This document shows positions 30,817-41,682 of a DNA stretch of 64,000 nt, piece by piece. The notes under the pieces were generated by a model that had not been told where the DNA came from, ran no database searches, and saw only the letters and a program-made list of their open reading frames with translations. Position 1 is the stretch's first letter; every line of letters starts with the position of its first letter. The position numbers and the translations under genes are program-made. The DNA comes from an uncultured cyanobacterium (GTDB lineage Bacteria > Cyanobacteriota > Cyanobacteriia > CAKZMO01): NCBI GenBank assembly GCA_963719515.1, contig CAVRCJ010000003.1, positions 32,001 through 96,000 of the forward strand, in the 5' to 3' direction.

Positions 30817-32391
30817 ATGAAATCTTTTGGACTCCGCTTTTTGGCATTGACAGCGCTTCTCAGTCTGGCTGGTTTTGGACAAAGCCCAGCCGCTGCTGCA
30901 GAATTCGGTAACCAGGAACTTGACTCCAACAAAGTCATTACCGTTGCCTCTCCGATTGGCAACCGCGCCCATCAGCTGCTCGTGCTAGAGCAGCTCAGCA
31001 ATAGCCGTCAGTGCTGGGAAGAGAGCGAAGATAACGTAAAGCCCCTGCTGCTGCAGTTTGACTTCACGGGCATCTGTGGCCGAGGCACCGACAGTAACGG
31101 CTACTCGGTGCGGGTGGGGGGCGAAGATTTGGGGTGGCGCTATGACCTAAGAATGCTGAGAGACGGTGACGACCTCAAGCTTGTAGCTCGCTCGGTCTCA
31201 GACCGCAGCAAGCCTGACATTGAGGTCGGTCGAGCCAGCAATCAGTCTGGAGAATTCACTGCTGTTGAGCTCAACCCGGGCTGGCGCGTGACTAAGCGCA
31301 CCTACAATGGTCAGGTCTTGGGACATTACTACCTCACCCATAACCAAGACCTCAACACGCTAGCCGCCGCCGCTCCCTCTACGCCAGCGGCCAGCCCCGT
31401 AACCCCATCAGAGTCCCCCACGGCCCTAATGCCCGGACCCGGCTCAATCACGCTGCCAACCGTTCCGCTTCCAGGCCGCCCGTCTATTCCAACCCGTACC
31501 CCCACTCCCAGCGGCCCTCCGGCACCGCCGTCAAACCAAGCCGCACTGCTGGGCTTCCGCTATCGCGTCATTGTTCCTGTCAGCTCCACCAGCGTACAGG
31601 CCAAGGTCCGCTCTGTGGTGCCCGACGCATTCCGTACCCTAATCAACGGCGAGGTGGTCATGCAGGCTGGACTGTTCCGCGATCGCCTCACGGCTGACTC
31701 TATTCGGCAACAGCTCCGAGCTGAGGGACTGCGGGCCTCTATTCTCGAAATTGAAAGCAGCGGCGTGGTTTCCCCCGCTCCCAGCCCCTCGCCGTCACCA
31801 CTCCCCTCGCCGTCCCCTAGCCCTCGACCCACGCCCCGCCCCGCTCCCGTTGGCCGGCTGCTAGTCGCTATTGACGCCGGTCACGGTGGCCGAGATCCTG
31901 GCGCGGTAGGCATCGGCGGACTGCAGGAGAAGGAAGTGGTGCTCGATATCTCTCAGCAGGTGGCGCAGATTCTAGAAGGTCAGGGTATCGGCGTCTTGAT
32001 GACCCGCCCCGGTGACCAGGAAATCGACCTAGAGCCGCGAGTAGCGGCTGCAGAGCAGCGCGGTGCAGACGTCTTTGTCAGCATCCACGCCAACGCCCTC
32101 AGCCTCAGCCGCCCGGACGTCAACGGCGTCGAAACCTACTACTATTCTTCTGCTGAGGGCCGTCGTTTGGCTAGCTCCGTCCACAGCCAGCTGCTGCGCG
32201 AGACCAACTCCCGCGATCGCGGCGTGAGGGAGGCCCGCTTCTACGTGATTCGCAACACGTCTATGCCCGCCATCTTGGTAGAAACTGGCTTTGTCACGGG
32301 CTCTGAAGATGCGGCTCGCCTGCGCAGCAGCAGCGGCAGACGGCAAATTTCCCAGGCGATCGCCAACGGTATCGTAGACTACCTGCGCTAG
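30817..32391 (+). CDS. N-acetylmuramoyl-L-alanine amidase with DUF3747-like and SPOR-like domains
   Basis: Signal peptide, QCW..PLL..FDFTGICGR.TDSNGYS, then Amidase_3 motifs IDAGHGG.DPG, SIHAN and LVETGF. Confidence 0.88.
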   Translation: MKSFGLRFLALTALLSLAGFGQSPAAAAEFGNQELDSNKVITVASPIGNRAHQLLVLEQLSNSRQCWEESEDNVKPLLLQFDFTGICGRGTDSNGYSVRVGGEDLGWRYDLRMLRDGDDLKLVARSVSDRSKPDIEVGRASNQSGEFTAVELNPGWRVTKRTYNGQVLGHYYLTHNQDLNTLAAAAPSTPAASPVTPSESPTALMPGPGSITLPTVPLPGRPSIPTRTPTPSGPPAPPSNQAALLGFRYRVIVPVSSTSVQAKVRSVVPDAFRTLINGEVVMQAGLFRDRLTADSIRQQLRAEGLRASILEIESSGVVSPAPSPSPSPLPSPSPSPRPTPRPAPVGRLLVAIDAGHGGRDPGAVGIGGLQEKEVVLDISQQVAQILEGQGIGVLMTRPGDQEIDLEPRVAAAEQRGADVFVSIHANALSLSRPDVNGVETYYYSSAEGRRLASSVHSQLLRETNSRDRGVREARFYVIRNTSMPAILVETGFVTGSEDAARLRSSSGRRQISQAIANGIVDYLR

Positions 32392-32479
32392 GGGCGCTTG
32401 CTCAACGTTATGTACAGTTTCGAACCGGTCAAGTTCAGGCGCACTAAGATTGAGGATAGCCCCACTACTGCAAGAGCCC

Positions 32480-33817
32480 ATGTCTGCTGGATTACAATCG
32501 CCCGCTTCATCACCTGCTAAAACCCCGCCCCTCAATCAGCCTACGGTTCGCCGTCTATCCAGCGGGCTGACGGTCATCGCCGAGCAGGTGCCAGTAGACG
32601 CCGTCAACCTCAACCTATGGCTCAACGTGGGCTCAGCGGTTGAGACAGATGACATTAACGGCATGGCCCATTTCCTAGAGCACATGATGTTCAAAGGAAC
32701 GGAGCGGCTCAAGAGCGGTGAGTTTGAGCAGATTGTGGAGCAGCGCGGCGCTGTGGCCAACGCGGCCACCAGTCAGGACTATACGCACTACCACATCACT
32801 ATGGCCCCGCAGGACTTTACGGCGCTAACGCCCCTGCAGCTTGACGTGGTGCTGCAGCCCAGTCTTTCAGAGGACGCCTTCGAGCGCGAGCGCCCCGTCA
32901 TCCTAGAGGAGATTCGTCGTGCCGACGATAGCCCCGGACGACGCTCTTTCTACCAGGCGATGGCTATAGCATGTCCAGACATGCCCTACTCCAGGCCGGT
33001 TTTAGGAACGTCAGAGATCATTGAGTCCCTCCACCCCAGCCAGATGCGGGCTTTTCATCACACCTGGTATCGCCCTACTGCAATGACGGCAGTGGCCGTC
33101 GGCAACCTGCCGGTTGAGCAGCTGATTGAAACGGTTGCCGGCAGCGTTCCAGACTCAGCTTGGGCCAAAGACGACGGGGACGCGCTGCCGACTGGCGGTC
33201 GACAGCAGCCCCGGCCCGCCTCATCGAATTTCTCTCCTTTCGAGAGCATTATTCGCTGCGAAAGCGTTGACCCGACGCTGAAGCAGGCTCGGCTCATCAT
33301 GATGTGGCGGGTGCCCAGCATTCAGAAGCTGGATCAAACCTATCCCCTTGACGTACTGGCCTCTGTATTGGGCTTTGGGCGGACGGCTCGCCTTGTGCGA
33401 GAGCTGCGAGAAGAGCGATCGCTGGTGTCGCAGATTCGGGTCAGCAACACGACCTACGCTCAGCAGGGGATCTTCTCGGTGTCGGCCCGCCTGAGTGAGG
33501 CAGATCTCGAAGAAACAGAGGCCGCCATTGTTGCTCACATCCGCCGACTGCACGAGACGCCGGTCGAATCCGCAGAAATCGACCGCATTCGCACCCAGGT
33601 GGCCAACCGCTACATCTTTGCCAATGAGACGCCCACGAGCCGCTCCGGGCTATACGGCTACTACCAGTCCATGACCGGCAGCCTTGACGCCGCCATTCAC
33701 TACCCCGAGCGCATCCGCATCCTCGATGCGGCCTACCTGCAGCAGGCGGCACAGCAGCACCTTAATCCCGAAGCCTACGGCATCGTTGTGACTCGGCCTG
33801 CCGCTTCCCATGGCTAG
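32480..33817 (+). CDS. M16 (pitrilysin) family peptidase
   Basis: GMAHFLEHMMFKGT, NAATSQDYT and ERPVILEEI motifs. Confidence 0.92.
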   Translation: MSAGLQSPASSPAKTPPLNQPTVRRLSSGLTVIAEQVPVDAVNLNLWLNVGSAVETDDINGMAHFLEHMMFKGTERLKSGEFEQIVEQRGAVANAATSQDYTHYHITMAPQDFTALTPLQLDVVLQPSLSEDAFERERPVILEEIRRADDSPGRRSFYQAMAIACPDMPYSRPVLGTSEIIESLHPSQMRAFHHTWYRPTAMTAVAVGNLPVEQLIETVAGSVPDSAWAKDDGDALPTGGRQQPRPASSNFSPFESIIRCESVDPTLKQARLIMMWRVPSIQKLDQTYPLDVLASVLGFGRTARLVRELREERSLVSQIRVSNTTYAQQGIFSVSARLSEADLEETEAAIVAHIRRLHETPVESAEIDRIRTQVANRYIFANETPTSRSGLYGYYQSMTGSLDAAIHYPERIRILDAAYLQQAAQQHLNPEAYGIVVTRPAASHG

Positions 33818-34790
33818 CCTGCCGGGAAAGGCGGTAATTCGTCTGGGGCGGTTTGTCTGGAGTCAGCAGTGGCACCTGATGATGTCGCAGATGGCTCCCT
33901 CCAGTAAGGCGGGAGACTATGAGCGCCCTAGTAGCCAGTTTCGCAATTCGATTAGGTCCGACAGCATTCATCCGCCCGAGACAAACCGATATCGCCTGAT
34001 TGCTGGCATGGGCTGTCCCTGGGCGCACCGTACCTTGGTGGTGCGATCGCTCAAAGGCCTAGAGGAGGCGATCGCCGTGACGGTGGTTTCCCCCTCGCCT
34101 GAGGAAGGAGGCTGGGTGTTTGACAAGCCTTTCCTGGGGCATCGGGCTTTGGCGGCGCTCTATAAGCAGGCCGTTCCGGGCTACGGCGGTCGCGCCACGG
34201 TGCCGGTGCTGTGGGACGACAAGTTGGGGGCGATCGTCAACAACGAGAGCGCCGAGATCATCGTGGTGCTCAACGAGGCCTTTAATGCCTTGTCCCAGCG
34301 GGAGCTCGATCTCTATCCGCCTGATCTCAAGGACTCAGTGGACCAATGGAACGCCAAAATCTACCCCGCCGTCAACAACGGTGTCTATCGCTGTGGATTT
34401 GCCCAGTCCCAAGAGGCCTACGATCGCGCCTGCGATGAGCTGTTTACGGCTCTCGATGACATTGAGGGCGTGCTAGCTACCCAGCGCTATTTGTGCGGCG
34501 ATCGCCTTACCCTGGCGGATGTGCGGCTGTTTACAACTCTGTTTCGCTTTGACACGGTGTACTACGGCCTCTTCAAGTGCAGCCGCCGCCGCATTGCGGA
34601 CTACGAGCATCTAAGCGGCTACCTGCGGGATATCTACCAGCAAGAGGGCGTCGCGGCGACCTGCAATCTCAACGTCGTCAAGCGAGACTATTACGGCAAT
34701 CTGTTTCCCCTCAACCCTGGCGGCCTGATCCCCCAGGGACCGGAGATTGATCTTGGGGCTCCTTGCGATCGCGGTGAACCCCAAATTTAG
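33810..34790 (+). CDS. Glutathionyl-hydroquinone reductase (GST Xi/omega-like)
   Basis: CPWAHR, TVPVLWD, NNESAEI, NNGVYRCGFA and ADVRLFTTLFRFD motifs. Confidence 0.9.
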   Translation: MASLPGKAVIRLGRFVWSQQWHLMMSQMAPSSKAGDYERPSSQFRNSIRSDSIHPPETNRYRLIAGMGCPWAHRTLVVRSLKGLEEAIAVTVVSPSPEEGGWVFDKPFLGHRALAALYKQAVPGYGGRATVPVLWDDKLGAIVNNESAEIIVVLNEAFNALSQRELDLYPPDLKDSVDQWNAKIYPAVNNGVYRCGFAQSQEAYDRACDELFTALDDIEGVLATQRYLCGDRLTLADVRLFTTLFRFDTVYYGLFKCSRRRIADYEHLSGYLRDIYQQEGVAATCNLNVVKRDYYGNLFPLNPGGLIPQGPEIDLGAPCDRGEPQI

Positions 34791-34870
34791 GTACTGGGGC
34801 CAAAAGCATGTTTTTGATGCACCAGCACCAGCGGCGCTGCCAGCCTTGCCGACCTAGCGGCGGCCCCACT

Positions 34871-35911
34871 TTATTCGTCTCGAATTGGAACAAACCCCGC
34901 CTCTTGAATCATCTGCTGGCCCTCATTGGTTAGCAGCAGCTCTGCATATGCATTGGCTACTTCACGCTTAGAGGGGTCACTATTGTCTGAAATCACGTAG
35001 AGCTTTCTCGTGAGGGGGTACTCACCTGACTGAAAGGCTTCGGTGTTAATTTGGTTGCGAGCGTCCGGGCATTGCTCGGGGGGAATGTAAGTGCCTTTAT
35101 AGGGCGAAACAATATCCCCCGCTGCGCTAATCAGGGAGAGGGCCTTGATTTCACATTGGGGAATGACCTCAGGCGCTGAGCCGTAGTAGATGCCGCCACG
35201 ATCTTGGGAAACCTGCCGCAGCCCCGTGGTCAAAGTGTCGACAAACACAACTGAGTCCCCAAAACCACCTTCGTTCATCACCCGCTTAGCAAAGAACTCT
35301 ACCGTACCGCTGTCTTCGCGACGGCGAGTGTAGGGCGTAATCGCTAAGTTAGGTCCGCCAAGGGTTTGCCAGTTTGTAACCCCACCCCGATAAATGCGGT
35401 TTAAGTCAGCAATGCTGAGATGATCAACCGGCAGTTCTGGGTGAACGCTAATGACGATACCGTCAATAGCGACCGAAGTCTCTTTGATCACCAGACCTAG
35501 ATCTTTGGCCTGTTGGTATTCTTTTTCCTTGATCTCGCGAGACGATTGGGAAAAAGACAGCTGATTCTTCAGCAGCATTTGAATTCCCGCTCCGGAGCCG
35601 GGGGCCGTCTTTCCATCTTCGGTGTAGCGAAGCACGAAGTTAGGATAACGTTGCTGAATTAGAGAGTCGGCAGTATTTCGGATGGGGGCCCAGGTGGTGC
35701 TACCGCCATAGTCAAACGTTCCCGATGGGACGGAAACATCATCAAATGTAATAGGTTTTGTTAGGGCGTTTTGCGATAGGCTTTTTGGCGTAGTTTCGCT
35801 CGACCCTGAAGGCGAAGAGGGCCAAAGTGCATAGGCTCCGAATGCCAAAAACGGAGCTACAGCCACCGCCAGTATTAAAGATTCAGTAGAATTCAAGCGT
35901 AGTCGAGACAT
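34871..35911 (-). CDS. Membrane-anchored PstS-like substrate-binding protein
   Basis: YGGSTTWAPIR, PGSGAGI, QSSR, AIDGI, DSGT and YPLTRKLYV motifs; N-terminal TM helix. Confidence 0.85.
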   Translation of the reverse strand: MSRLRLNSTESLILAVAVAPFLAFGAYALWPSSPSGSSETTPKSLSQNALTKPITFDDVSVPSGTFDYGGSTTWAPIRNTADSLIQQRYPNFVLRYTEDGKTAPGSGAGIQMLLKNQLSFSQSSREIKEKEYQQAKDLGLVIKETSVAIDGIVISVHPELPVDHLSIADLNRIYRGGVTNWQTLGGPNLAITPYTRRREDSGTVEFFAKRVMNEGGFGDSVVFVDTLTTGLRQVSQDRGGIYYGSAPEVIPQCEIKALSLISAAGDIVSPYKGTYIPPEQCPDARNQINTEAFQSGEYPLTRKLYVISDNSDPSKREVANAYAELLLTNEGQQMIQEAGFVPIRDE

Positions 35912-36150
35912 AGATCAGAACAAGGGTGGAGGAACAGGTTTGGTAGAGCTCCCCGATCTAAAAACTTGATTTAGAAGTGCTTTGCTGTCCAAGCTTATTA
36001 CAAGTATTGCATAAGCTTCCTTATGGCTTGGCAAAAATCCTATAAAGCCAAGATGAATTTCTGCGCTTCACATCGCCTCAGCTCCAATCCGCCGCATCAA
36101 GTCGGTAATAACGATCTCGATACTGAAGTCCACATACTGCAATCCGCATA

Positions 36151-36188
36151 AAAGTAAAGGCGAGCTAAGCTTAGCTCGCCCTTACTTT
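36151..36188 (-). terminator. Terminator-like palindrome downstream of tal
   Basis: AAAGTAAAGGCGAGCTAAG/CTTAGCTCGCCCTTACTTT inverted repeat. Confidence 0.7.
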
Positions 36189-36235
36189 GTGACTGTGGGT
36201 CAACGCAGTCTAAAAAAGACGATCAGCGCCTAAAG

Positions 36236-37420
36236 CTACGCCGCCGCCGCCGTACCCTGAATTGCTGCCCCCAATCCAGCCGCCATCTCATCGGGGCTAA
36301 TTTTGCCGTCGTGGTCAATATCGAGGGCGTCGAACACCGCGTCAGTGCCCATCCACTCTTCGCGGGTGATGAAGCCGTCACCATCAAGGTCGTACACCAA
36401 GAACACGTCCTGAGCGGCGTGGCTGATGGTGTTCTCTCCCTCCAGGCGAGCTAGCCGAGAGATCAGCAGCGACTCCAGGGTCTCGATCGCCTTGGAGAAG
36501 CCGCTGATGCCTTCGTCTAGCTTCTCATGGGCCATGCGATCGCTTTGGTGCATCTTGTCGAAGGTGGCTTTGTCTATCGATAGCTTCTCGATATCCATTG
36601 ACTTAGATTTCTCAGGGTCGAGCATGCGGGGCAGCTCTTCGGTCGTTTCATCTAGCACCTTCAACAGCTTAGGTGAGATGGTAAGCAGGTCGCAGCCTGC
36701 TAGCTGACGGATTTCGCCAATATTGCGGAAGCTCGCTCCCATAATTTCGGTCTTGTAGCCGAACTTTTGGAAGTAGTTGTAAATGCTGGTCACCGACTCC
36801 ACCCCGGGATCTTCCGCCGGGGGATACTCGTCACGCCCGGTTTCTTTTTTGTACCAGTCGAGAATCCGCCCTACAAACGGCGAGATCAGCGTTACGCCAG
36901 CTTCAGCGCAGGCAACGGCCTGGTGTATGCCAAACAGCAGCGTCAGATTGCAGTGGATGCCCTCTTTCTCCAAAGTCTCGGCGGCGCGGATGCCTTCCCA
37001 AGTGGAGGCAATCTTGATCAGCACGCGGTCGGGGTCGGCGCCAGCTTCCTTGTACTGAGCAATGATTGAGTGAGCTTTTTCTAAGGTTGCCTCAGTGTCG
37101 TAGGACAAGCGAGCGTCAACCTCGGTAGAGACGCGGCCCGGCACAATATCAAGAATGCGCAGACCGAAGGCCACCGACAGCATATCGATGGCTTTACGAA
37201 CCACGTGCTTGGCGCTGGCGTCACTCCCTGCGGACTCACGGGCTGTCTTCAGCGTCTCATCGACAATGTCCTGATACTGCTCCATCTGAGCCGCCGCCGT
37301 AATCAGCGAGGGGTTTGTGGTAGTGTCTTGAGGCTTAAATGTCTTGATCGCCTCGATGTCGCCGGTGTCGGCGACCACGACGGTCATTTTGCGAAGCTGC
37401 TCTAATAGGCTCTGGGTCAT
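36236..37420 (-). CDS. tal: Transaldolase with C-terminal EF-hands
   Basis: [34 protein letters not shown] and ISPFVGRI motifs; EF-hands [12 protein letters not shown] and [12 protein letters not shown]. Confidence 0.96.
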   Translation of the reverse strand: MTQSLLEQLRKMTVVVADTGDIEAIKTFKPQDTTTNPSLITAAAQMEQYQDIVDETLKTARESAGSDASAKHVVRKAIDMLSVAFGLRILDIVPGRVSTEVDARLSYDTEATLEKAHSIIAQYKEAGADPDRVLIKIASTWEGIRAAETLEKEGIHCNLTLLFGIHQAVACAEAGVTLISPFVGRILDWYKKETGRDEYPPAEDPGVESVTSIYNYFQKFGYKTEIMGASFRNIGEIRQLAGCDLLTISPKLLKVLDETTEELPRMLDPEKSKSMDIEKLSIDKATFDKMHQSDRMAHEKLDEGISGFSKAIETLESLLISRLARLEGENTISHAAQDVFLVYDLDGDGFITREEWMGTDAVFDALDIDHDGKISPDEMAAGLGAAIQGTAAAA

Positions 37421-37671
37421 AATATCTCCTTGAGTTGGTATCTCTGAAACTTTGGCTATGGGAACGTGACTGCGGAAACGTGACTGCGGGAACGAACGTT
37501 GAGCGCCATACGGATGACTGGGGGTTGGATCCAGAAGCATCCCATGACCTGGACAAACCGTCGCGTTGAATGAGCCGTTTCCAGGTTAATCGCCTTTTGG
37601 GAATAGTGACCTTAGGAGATTGACCTTCTGACCTCATCTGGGGCTCTAGCTCGGCATATTTTCCCTCAATA

Positions 37672-38604
37672 TCAGCCCTGAGACTGCTGAGAGTTGTCGA
37701 TGATTGAACGCATCCCCTCTACCGTAGCGGGAATACTCTTGGGGTCCATAAACATCACTTTACTGCTGCCGCTCAGACCAATCTGCGTGCCCATCTCCAT
37801 GTACTGCTGCGCCATCAGAAACTGTAGCGCTTCTTGTGTCGAGGGGTCTGACTTGATTTGATTGGTGATAATCTTCAGCGACTCGGCGATCGCTTGGGCC
37901 TTGAGCACCCGCTCTTTTTGCTCGGCCTGCGCCCTTAGCACCACGGCCTCTTGATCTGCTTTAGCCCCTAAAATGCGGGACTCGGCCTGTCCCCGCGCCG
38001 AGTTGATGGCGGCGTCCTTTTCTCCCTCTGAGGTAAGAATTGCCGCCCGCTTGCGCCGCTCAGCGGACATCTGCAGCTCCATGGAGTCCTGGACGTCTTT
38101 AGAGGGGGCAATGTCCCGCAGCTCAACGCGGGTCACCTTAACGCCCCAAGGATCGGTGGCAATATCTAGCTCCCGCAGCAAAATCTCGTTAATTTCAGAG
38201 CGGGCCGTGAACGTCTCGTCTAGCTCTAGCTGGCCGACTTCCGAGCGGATTTGGGTGAGCACCAGGTTGACGATCGCATCGTGGAGGTTTTCCACTTTGT
38301 AGATTGCCTTTTCCAGGTCCATAATTCGCCAATAGACTACGGCATCGACAGAAATGCTGACGTTGTCCCGGGTAATACACTTTTGGGGTGGGATATCGAG
38401 CACCCGCTCTCGAATAGTCTGCCGATGGACGGCTTCATCTAGAAACGGAATCATCAGGTTTAATCCCGGCTCGAGCTTGCGGCCCGAATAGCGGCCCAGG
38501 CGCTCCACTAAAACCTGGTCCCCTTCTCGGACGATACGGACCGATTTGAGCAGTACTGAGCCGCTCAGCGCTAGGAAAACGAAGAAACCAATAGTACTGC
38601 CCAT
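37672..38604 (-). CDS. SPFH/stomatin-family protein
   Basis: [29 protein letters not shown] and [10 protein letters not shown] motifs. Confidence 0.93.
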   Translation of the reverse strand: MGSTIGFFVFLALSGSVLLKSVRIVREGDQVLVERLGRYSGRKLEPGLNLMIPFLDEAVHRQTIRERVLDIPPQKCITRDNVSISVDAVVYWRIMDLEKAIYKVENLHDAIVNLVLTQIRSEVGQLELDETFTARSEINEILLRELDIATDPWGVKVTRVELRDIAPSKDVQDSMELQMSAERRKRAAILTSEGEKDAAINSARGQAESRILGAKADQEAVVLRAQAEQKERVLKAQAIAESLKIITNQIKSDPSTQEALQFLMAQQYMEMGTQIGLSGSSKVMFMDPKSIPATVEGMRSIIDNSQQSQG

Positions 38605-38661
38605 AATAGTTTGCTGTAGATAGGACGGGAGGGTGAAAAGCTTAGCTGAGGGGAGAATGGC

Positions 38662-39150
38662 TTATGGGGTCGACTCAATGTCTCGGTCCGTAGATTCCTT
38701 GAGGCTAGGAAGAGGACGGCCATAGAGCAGCCGCTCTGGCAAAACAAAGAGGGTGTTCCCCTGACGAGATACGATATAGACGGGTTCATCAAGGGCGATC
38801 GCCATTTCAGGGTCATCACAGCGGGCTTGCCACGATCCCCCCTCGTAGAGAATTCGCCCGGTCTTGCCGGGCAGAATCGCCGTCAGCGTCGTTCCGTGAG
38901 CGGCGTCTTCGATACTTCTGGCCCGCCGCTTCGGCATTACCCGGTGAGCCAGCAGCGTCAGCGCGATAGAGACCACCAGAAATAGAGCGATTTGCAGCGA
39001 CAGCTGAGGCACAGCGAGGGCAAACAGCGCCACGATAATGGCGCTGACCCCCAGGGTAAATTCGACAAATGCCGTAGGAACCACCCCCTCCATAATGCAT
39101 AGGGTGACGCCCACAACCAGCCAAAATAAAAAGCTAGGGTTTGCTGTCAT
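38662..39150 (-). CDS. NfeD-family protein
   Basis: Three TM helices plus an OB fold (GRILYEGGSWQA); paired with the SPFH gene. Confidence 0.9.
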   Translation of the reverse strand: MTANPSFLFWLVVGVTLCIMEGVVPTAFVEFTLGVSAIIVALFALAVPQLSLQIALFLVVSIALTLLAHRVMPKRRARSIEDAAHGTTLTAILPGKTGRILYEGGSWQARCDDPEMAIALDEPVYIVSRQGNTLFVLPERLLYGRPLPSLKESTDRDIESTP

Positions 39151-39300
39151 CGAAAGTCTTGCAACGCAACAGTCCGCCGCCCAACATCCCGCAGTACCTT
39201 ACGGCCCATTATCCTGCAGTCCAGAGTCCGCAGTTTGATTAACCCTAGTCCGGTACCCACGATATCGCGCTAGCTCCACTCTAGCTCAGCTCTCAAAAAC

Positions 39301-41589
39301 GTGACTATGCGCTCCCCCTCCCATCGCCTTCCCCGCTCCTCTCCCTATCGCTGGGCGATCGGAGCTCAGGATGTCTCCCCAGGTCAAACCGTCGACAACC
39401 GCTACATCGTTATCTCGCCCAATATTTGGCGAGATACCCAGCTGGGTCGCCCCACCCCAGAAGTGTTCACCGCTGACGGTGACATCGCCAATAGGGCATT
39501 CGCGCCCCTGCGCCAGAGCTTAACGCCCTATCACCAGCTGCGCCAGCTGCGCTACGCGGCTGTCCAGGCTCATCTGCCGGTGCTCGACACCGTTGCGATG
39601 CTCAATGGCAGACCCATCCCCCTATTGCGCGGGGCCTTGGACCTAGTCGGCCAGCCCTACCCGACCCTCTACGACCTCTGGAAACAGGCCTCTGGGCCTC
39701 AGCAGCTGACCTGGCTGTGGCAGCTCTGCCCCCTGTGGGAAGCCCTTGTCACCGTGGGCGCAGCCGCTAGCCTGCTGCAGGCCGACAACCTGCGGGTTGA
39801 TGGCGATCGCCTGTGTCTATTATCCCTCGTGGGTGACCCGCCCCAAGAGCCATCGTCGTCGCTGCTGGGGCGACTGTGGCTTCCCTGGCTTGCCTATGCT
39901 GGGGCTATTGCCCCGGCGCTGCAGCCCATTGCCCAGCAGCTGCAGACTGCCCCCTCTCCCCAGGGCCTATTTACCGCTGAGTACCAGCTCAACTGTCTGC
40001 TCCTGCAAACCGCAGCCCAGCCCTTTGAGGTAGGGGTGGCGCAGGCGGTTACCGCAGTAGAAGGCGCATCGCCGGTAAGCTACGGAGCTACGGTAGGTCT
40101 TCCCCTTGCGGCAGTCTGCGCTCGCCCCGCCTCCGCCCCGGCCCAACCGTCTGCCCCCCTTGCCTCCCAGATTGTGCAGTCCCTCGCGCTTCAGGTCGAG
40201 GTCATGGGGGGGGAACTCGCCCGCTGTGGTCTACTCTCCCCCCGTTGGATTGTGCCCCAAATTTTGGCGATGGTGCGGGTGTTAAACAATATTCTTTTAG
40301 CCCAAGAGCTTGATGAGGAGCTGTCTCTAGCGTTTGCGATCGCAATTCCCCAGCCGGTTCCAGCCCTGGATCCACAGCTGGAGAACTCACCCGATTCAGG
40401 TCGGTCATCAGCGCCCAGACCGTCAGCGCCCAGACCGTCAGCGTCCGGACCTCGTGACGCCTCCAATGACTCGGCCCAGGAGGTCTATGTATTCACTACT
40501 GGAGGCAGTTTTGTTTATCTGATGAGGGATGAGGTATGGCAGCGCGTAGTTCCCTCGACTCCCCTATCGACCTTCTTAGGTGAGCGCAGCGATCGCCTCC
40601 AGGGTCAGCTTCAGCGGCTTGTGGTGGAGGGTGACCAGCTCCTGCTCCTCAGCACCTATCCCCTAGATGACTTGCTGAACCAGCGACAGCAACCAGCAGT
40701 CGAAGCCCTAGAATCTGAGACTGTAGATTTAGAGGCGATCGCTCAGTGGGTAATGAGCAAAACCACCTCTAAAGGGGCGGTAGCCATCGCGCTACTTCAT
40801 CACCAAAGCGAGCGATCCGCTCGCCCGGTAGACCTCACATCCGCACCAGTACCGTCCGCACCAGTACCGCCCGCGCCCGTATTTCCCGCACCAGTATCGC
40901 CCGCGCCCGTACCGCCCGCGCCCGTACCGCCCATACCTGTAATCTCAGGCAAGACCAACCGCCCCGCCGCCCCTGTATCTATCGCCTCGGGAAATCGCCC
41001 TGAGGTCGAGCGCCCCCCCGCAAACGTCAACAACCCGCCCCCCCCTGCTAGCCCTCCGCCCCGTCAGGTCACCGCCGCTGACTTTGAAGAGGGAAGCGGC
41101 ATCGGTGACGATTTCGACAGCGCCGCTTTTGGCGATCTATACAGCAGCGTCAACCTCGTTCGTCCCCGCGAAGACGACAGCATTAACCGCTACATCGACG
41201 CCGAGGTGCGCCCTCCCCGACCCGCTGCCAACACAATCTTGGACCAGGACATCGATCGCGGGCTGTCGACATTAGTCTCGAAGCAGACTCGCCCCAGCGA
41301 CCCTGCGCGGCGCGATCGCGCAACCATTGATCTCCCTCAGACCAGTCAGCTCCGGAGAAAACCTGTTTCGACAACGCCAACCCGCAAGCTAACCTCACCT
41401 GAGCAGAACCGGGGCGGGAAATCTCGAGACCGCCGCCCCAAAACTGGACGCCGCAAGCCTAGCCAAAGAAAGCGATGGGCAAGGCTGATGGCGCTGCTGC
41501 TGCTTCTTACTCTAGCGGGAGCCGCTGGCGTCACTCTGGCCTGGCGATCTGACCGGTTTGAGCCATGGCTACCATCACGCCAAGATTAG
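39301..41589 (+). CDS. Membrane-anchored protein with degenerate PP2C-like domain and Pro-rich linker
   Basis: N-terminus resembles cyanobacterial PP2C-domain proteins (RY.VI.P.IW.DT, QQLTWLWQ). PP2C-like segments lack their Asp residues. C-terminal TM helix. Confidence 0.6.
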   Translation: MTMRSPSHRLPRSSPYRWAIGAQDVSPGQTVDNRYIVISPNIWRDTQLGRPTPEVFTADGDIANRAFAPLRQSLTPYHQLRQLRYAAVQAHLPVLDTVAMLNGRPIPLLRGALDLVGQPYPTLYDLWKQASGPQQLTWLWQLCPLWEALVTVGAAASLLQADNLRVDGDRLCLLSLVGDPPQEPSSSLLGRLWLPWLAYAGAIAPALQPIAQQLQTAPSPQGLFTAEYQLNCLLLQTAAQPFEVGVAQAVTAVEGASPVSYGATVGLPLAAVCARPASAPAQPSAPLASQIVQSLALQVEVMGGELARCGLLSPRWIVPQILAMVRVLNNILLAQELDEELSLAFAIAIPQPVPALDPQLENSPDSGRSSAPRPSAPRPSASGPRDASNDSAQEVYVFTTGGSFVYLMRDEVWQRVVPSTPLSTFLGERSDRLQGQLQRLVVEGDQLLLLSTYPLDDLLNQRQQPAVEALESETVDLEAIAQWVMSKTTSKGAVAIALLHHQSERSARPVDLTSAPVPSAPVPPAPVFPAPVSPAPVPPAPVPPIPVISGKTNRPAAPVSIASGNRPEVERPPANVNNPPPPASPPPRQVTAADFEEGSGIGDDFDSAAFGDLYSSVNLVRPREDDSINRYIDAEVRPPRPAANTILDQDIDRGLSTLVSKQTRPSDPARRDRATIDLPQTSQLRRKPVSTTPTRKLTSPEQNRGGKSRDRRPKTGRRKPSQRKRWARLMALLLLLTLAGAAGVTLAWRSDRFEPWLPSRQD
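40842..40935 (+). repeat. 15-bp coding tandem repeat (APVxP x6)
   Basis: CGCACCAGTACCGTC / CGCGCCCGTACCGCC-type units within the 39301 CDS. Confidence 0.8.
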
Positions 41590-41682
41590 ACCCGGCGTAA
41601 GCAATGGGCAAAGGGTACTAGGCTGGCTTCGTACTATACTGGCTTCAAATAAGTTATTCAGAGCCAAATTACTAAAAGTCAT

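Noticed and set aside
36236..36420. EF-hand fusion on transaldolase as a novelty
   Set aside because: This architecture is already known in cyanobacteria.
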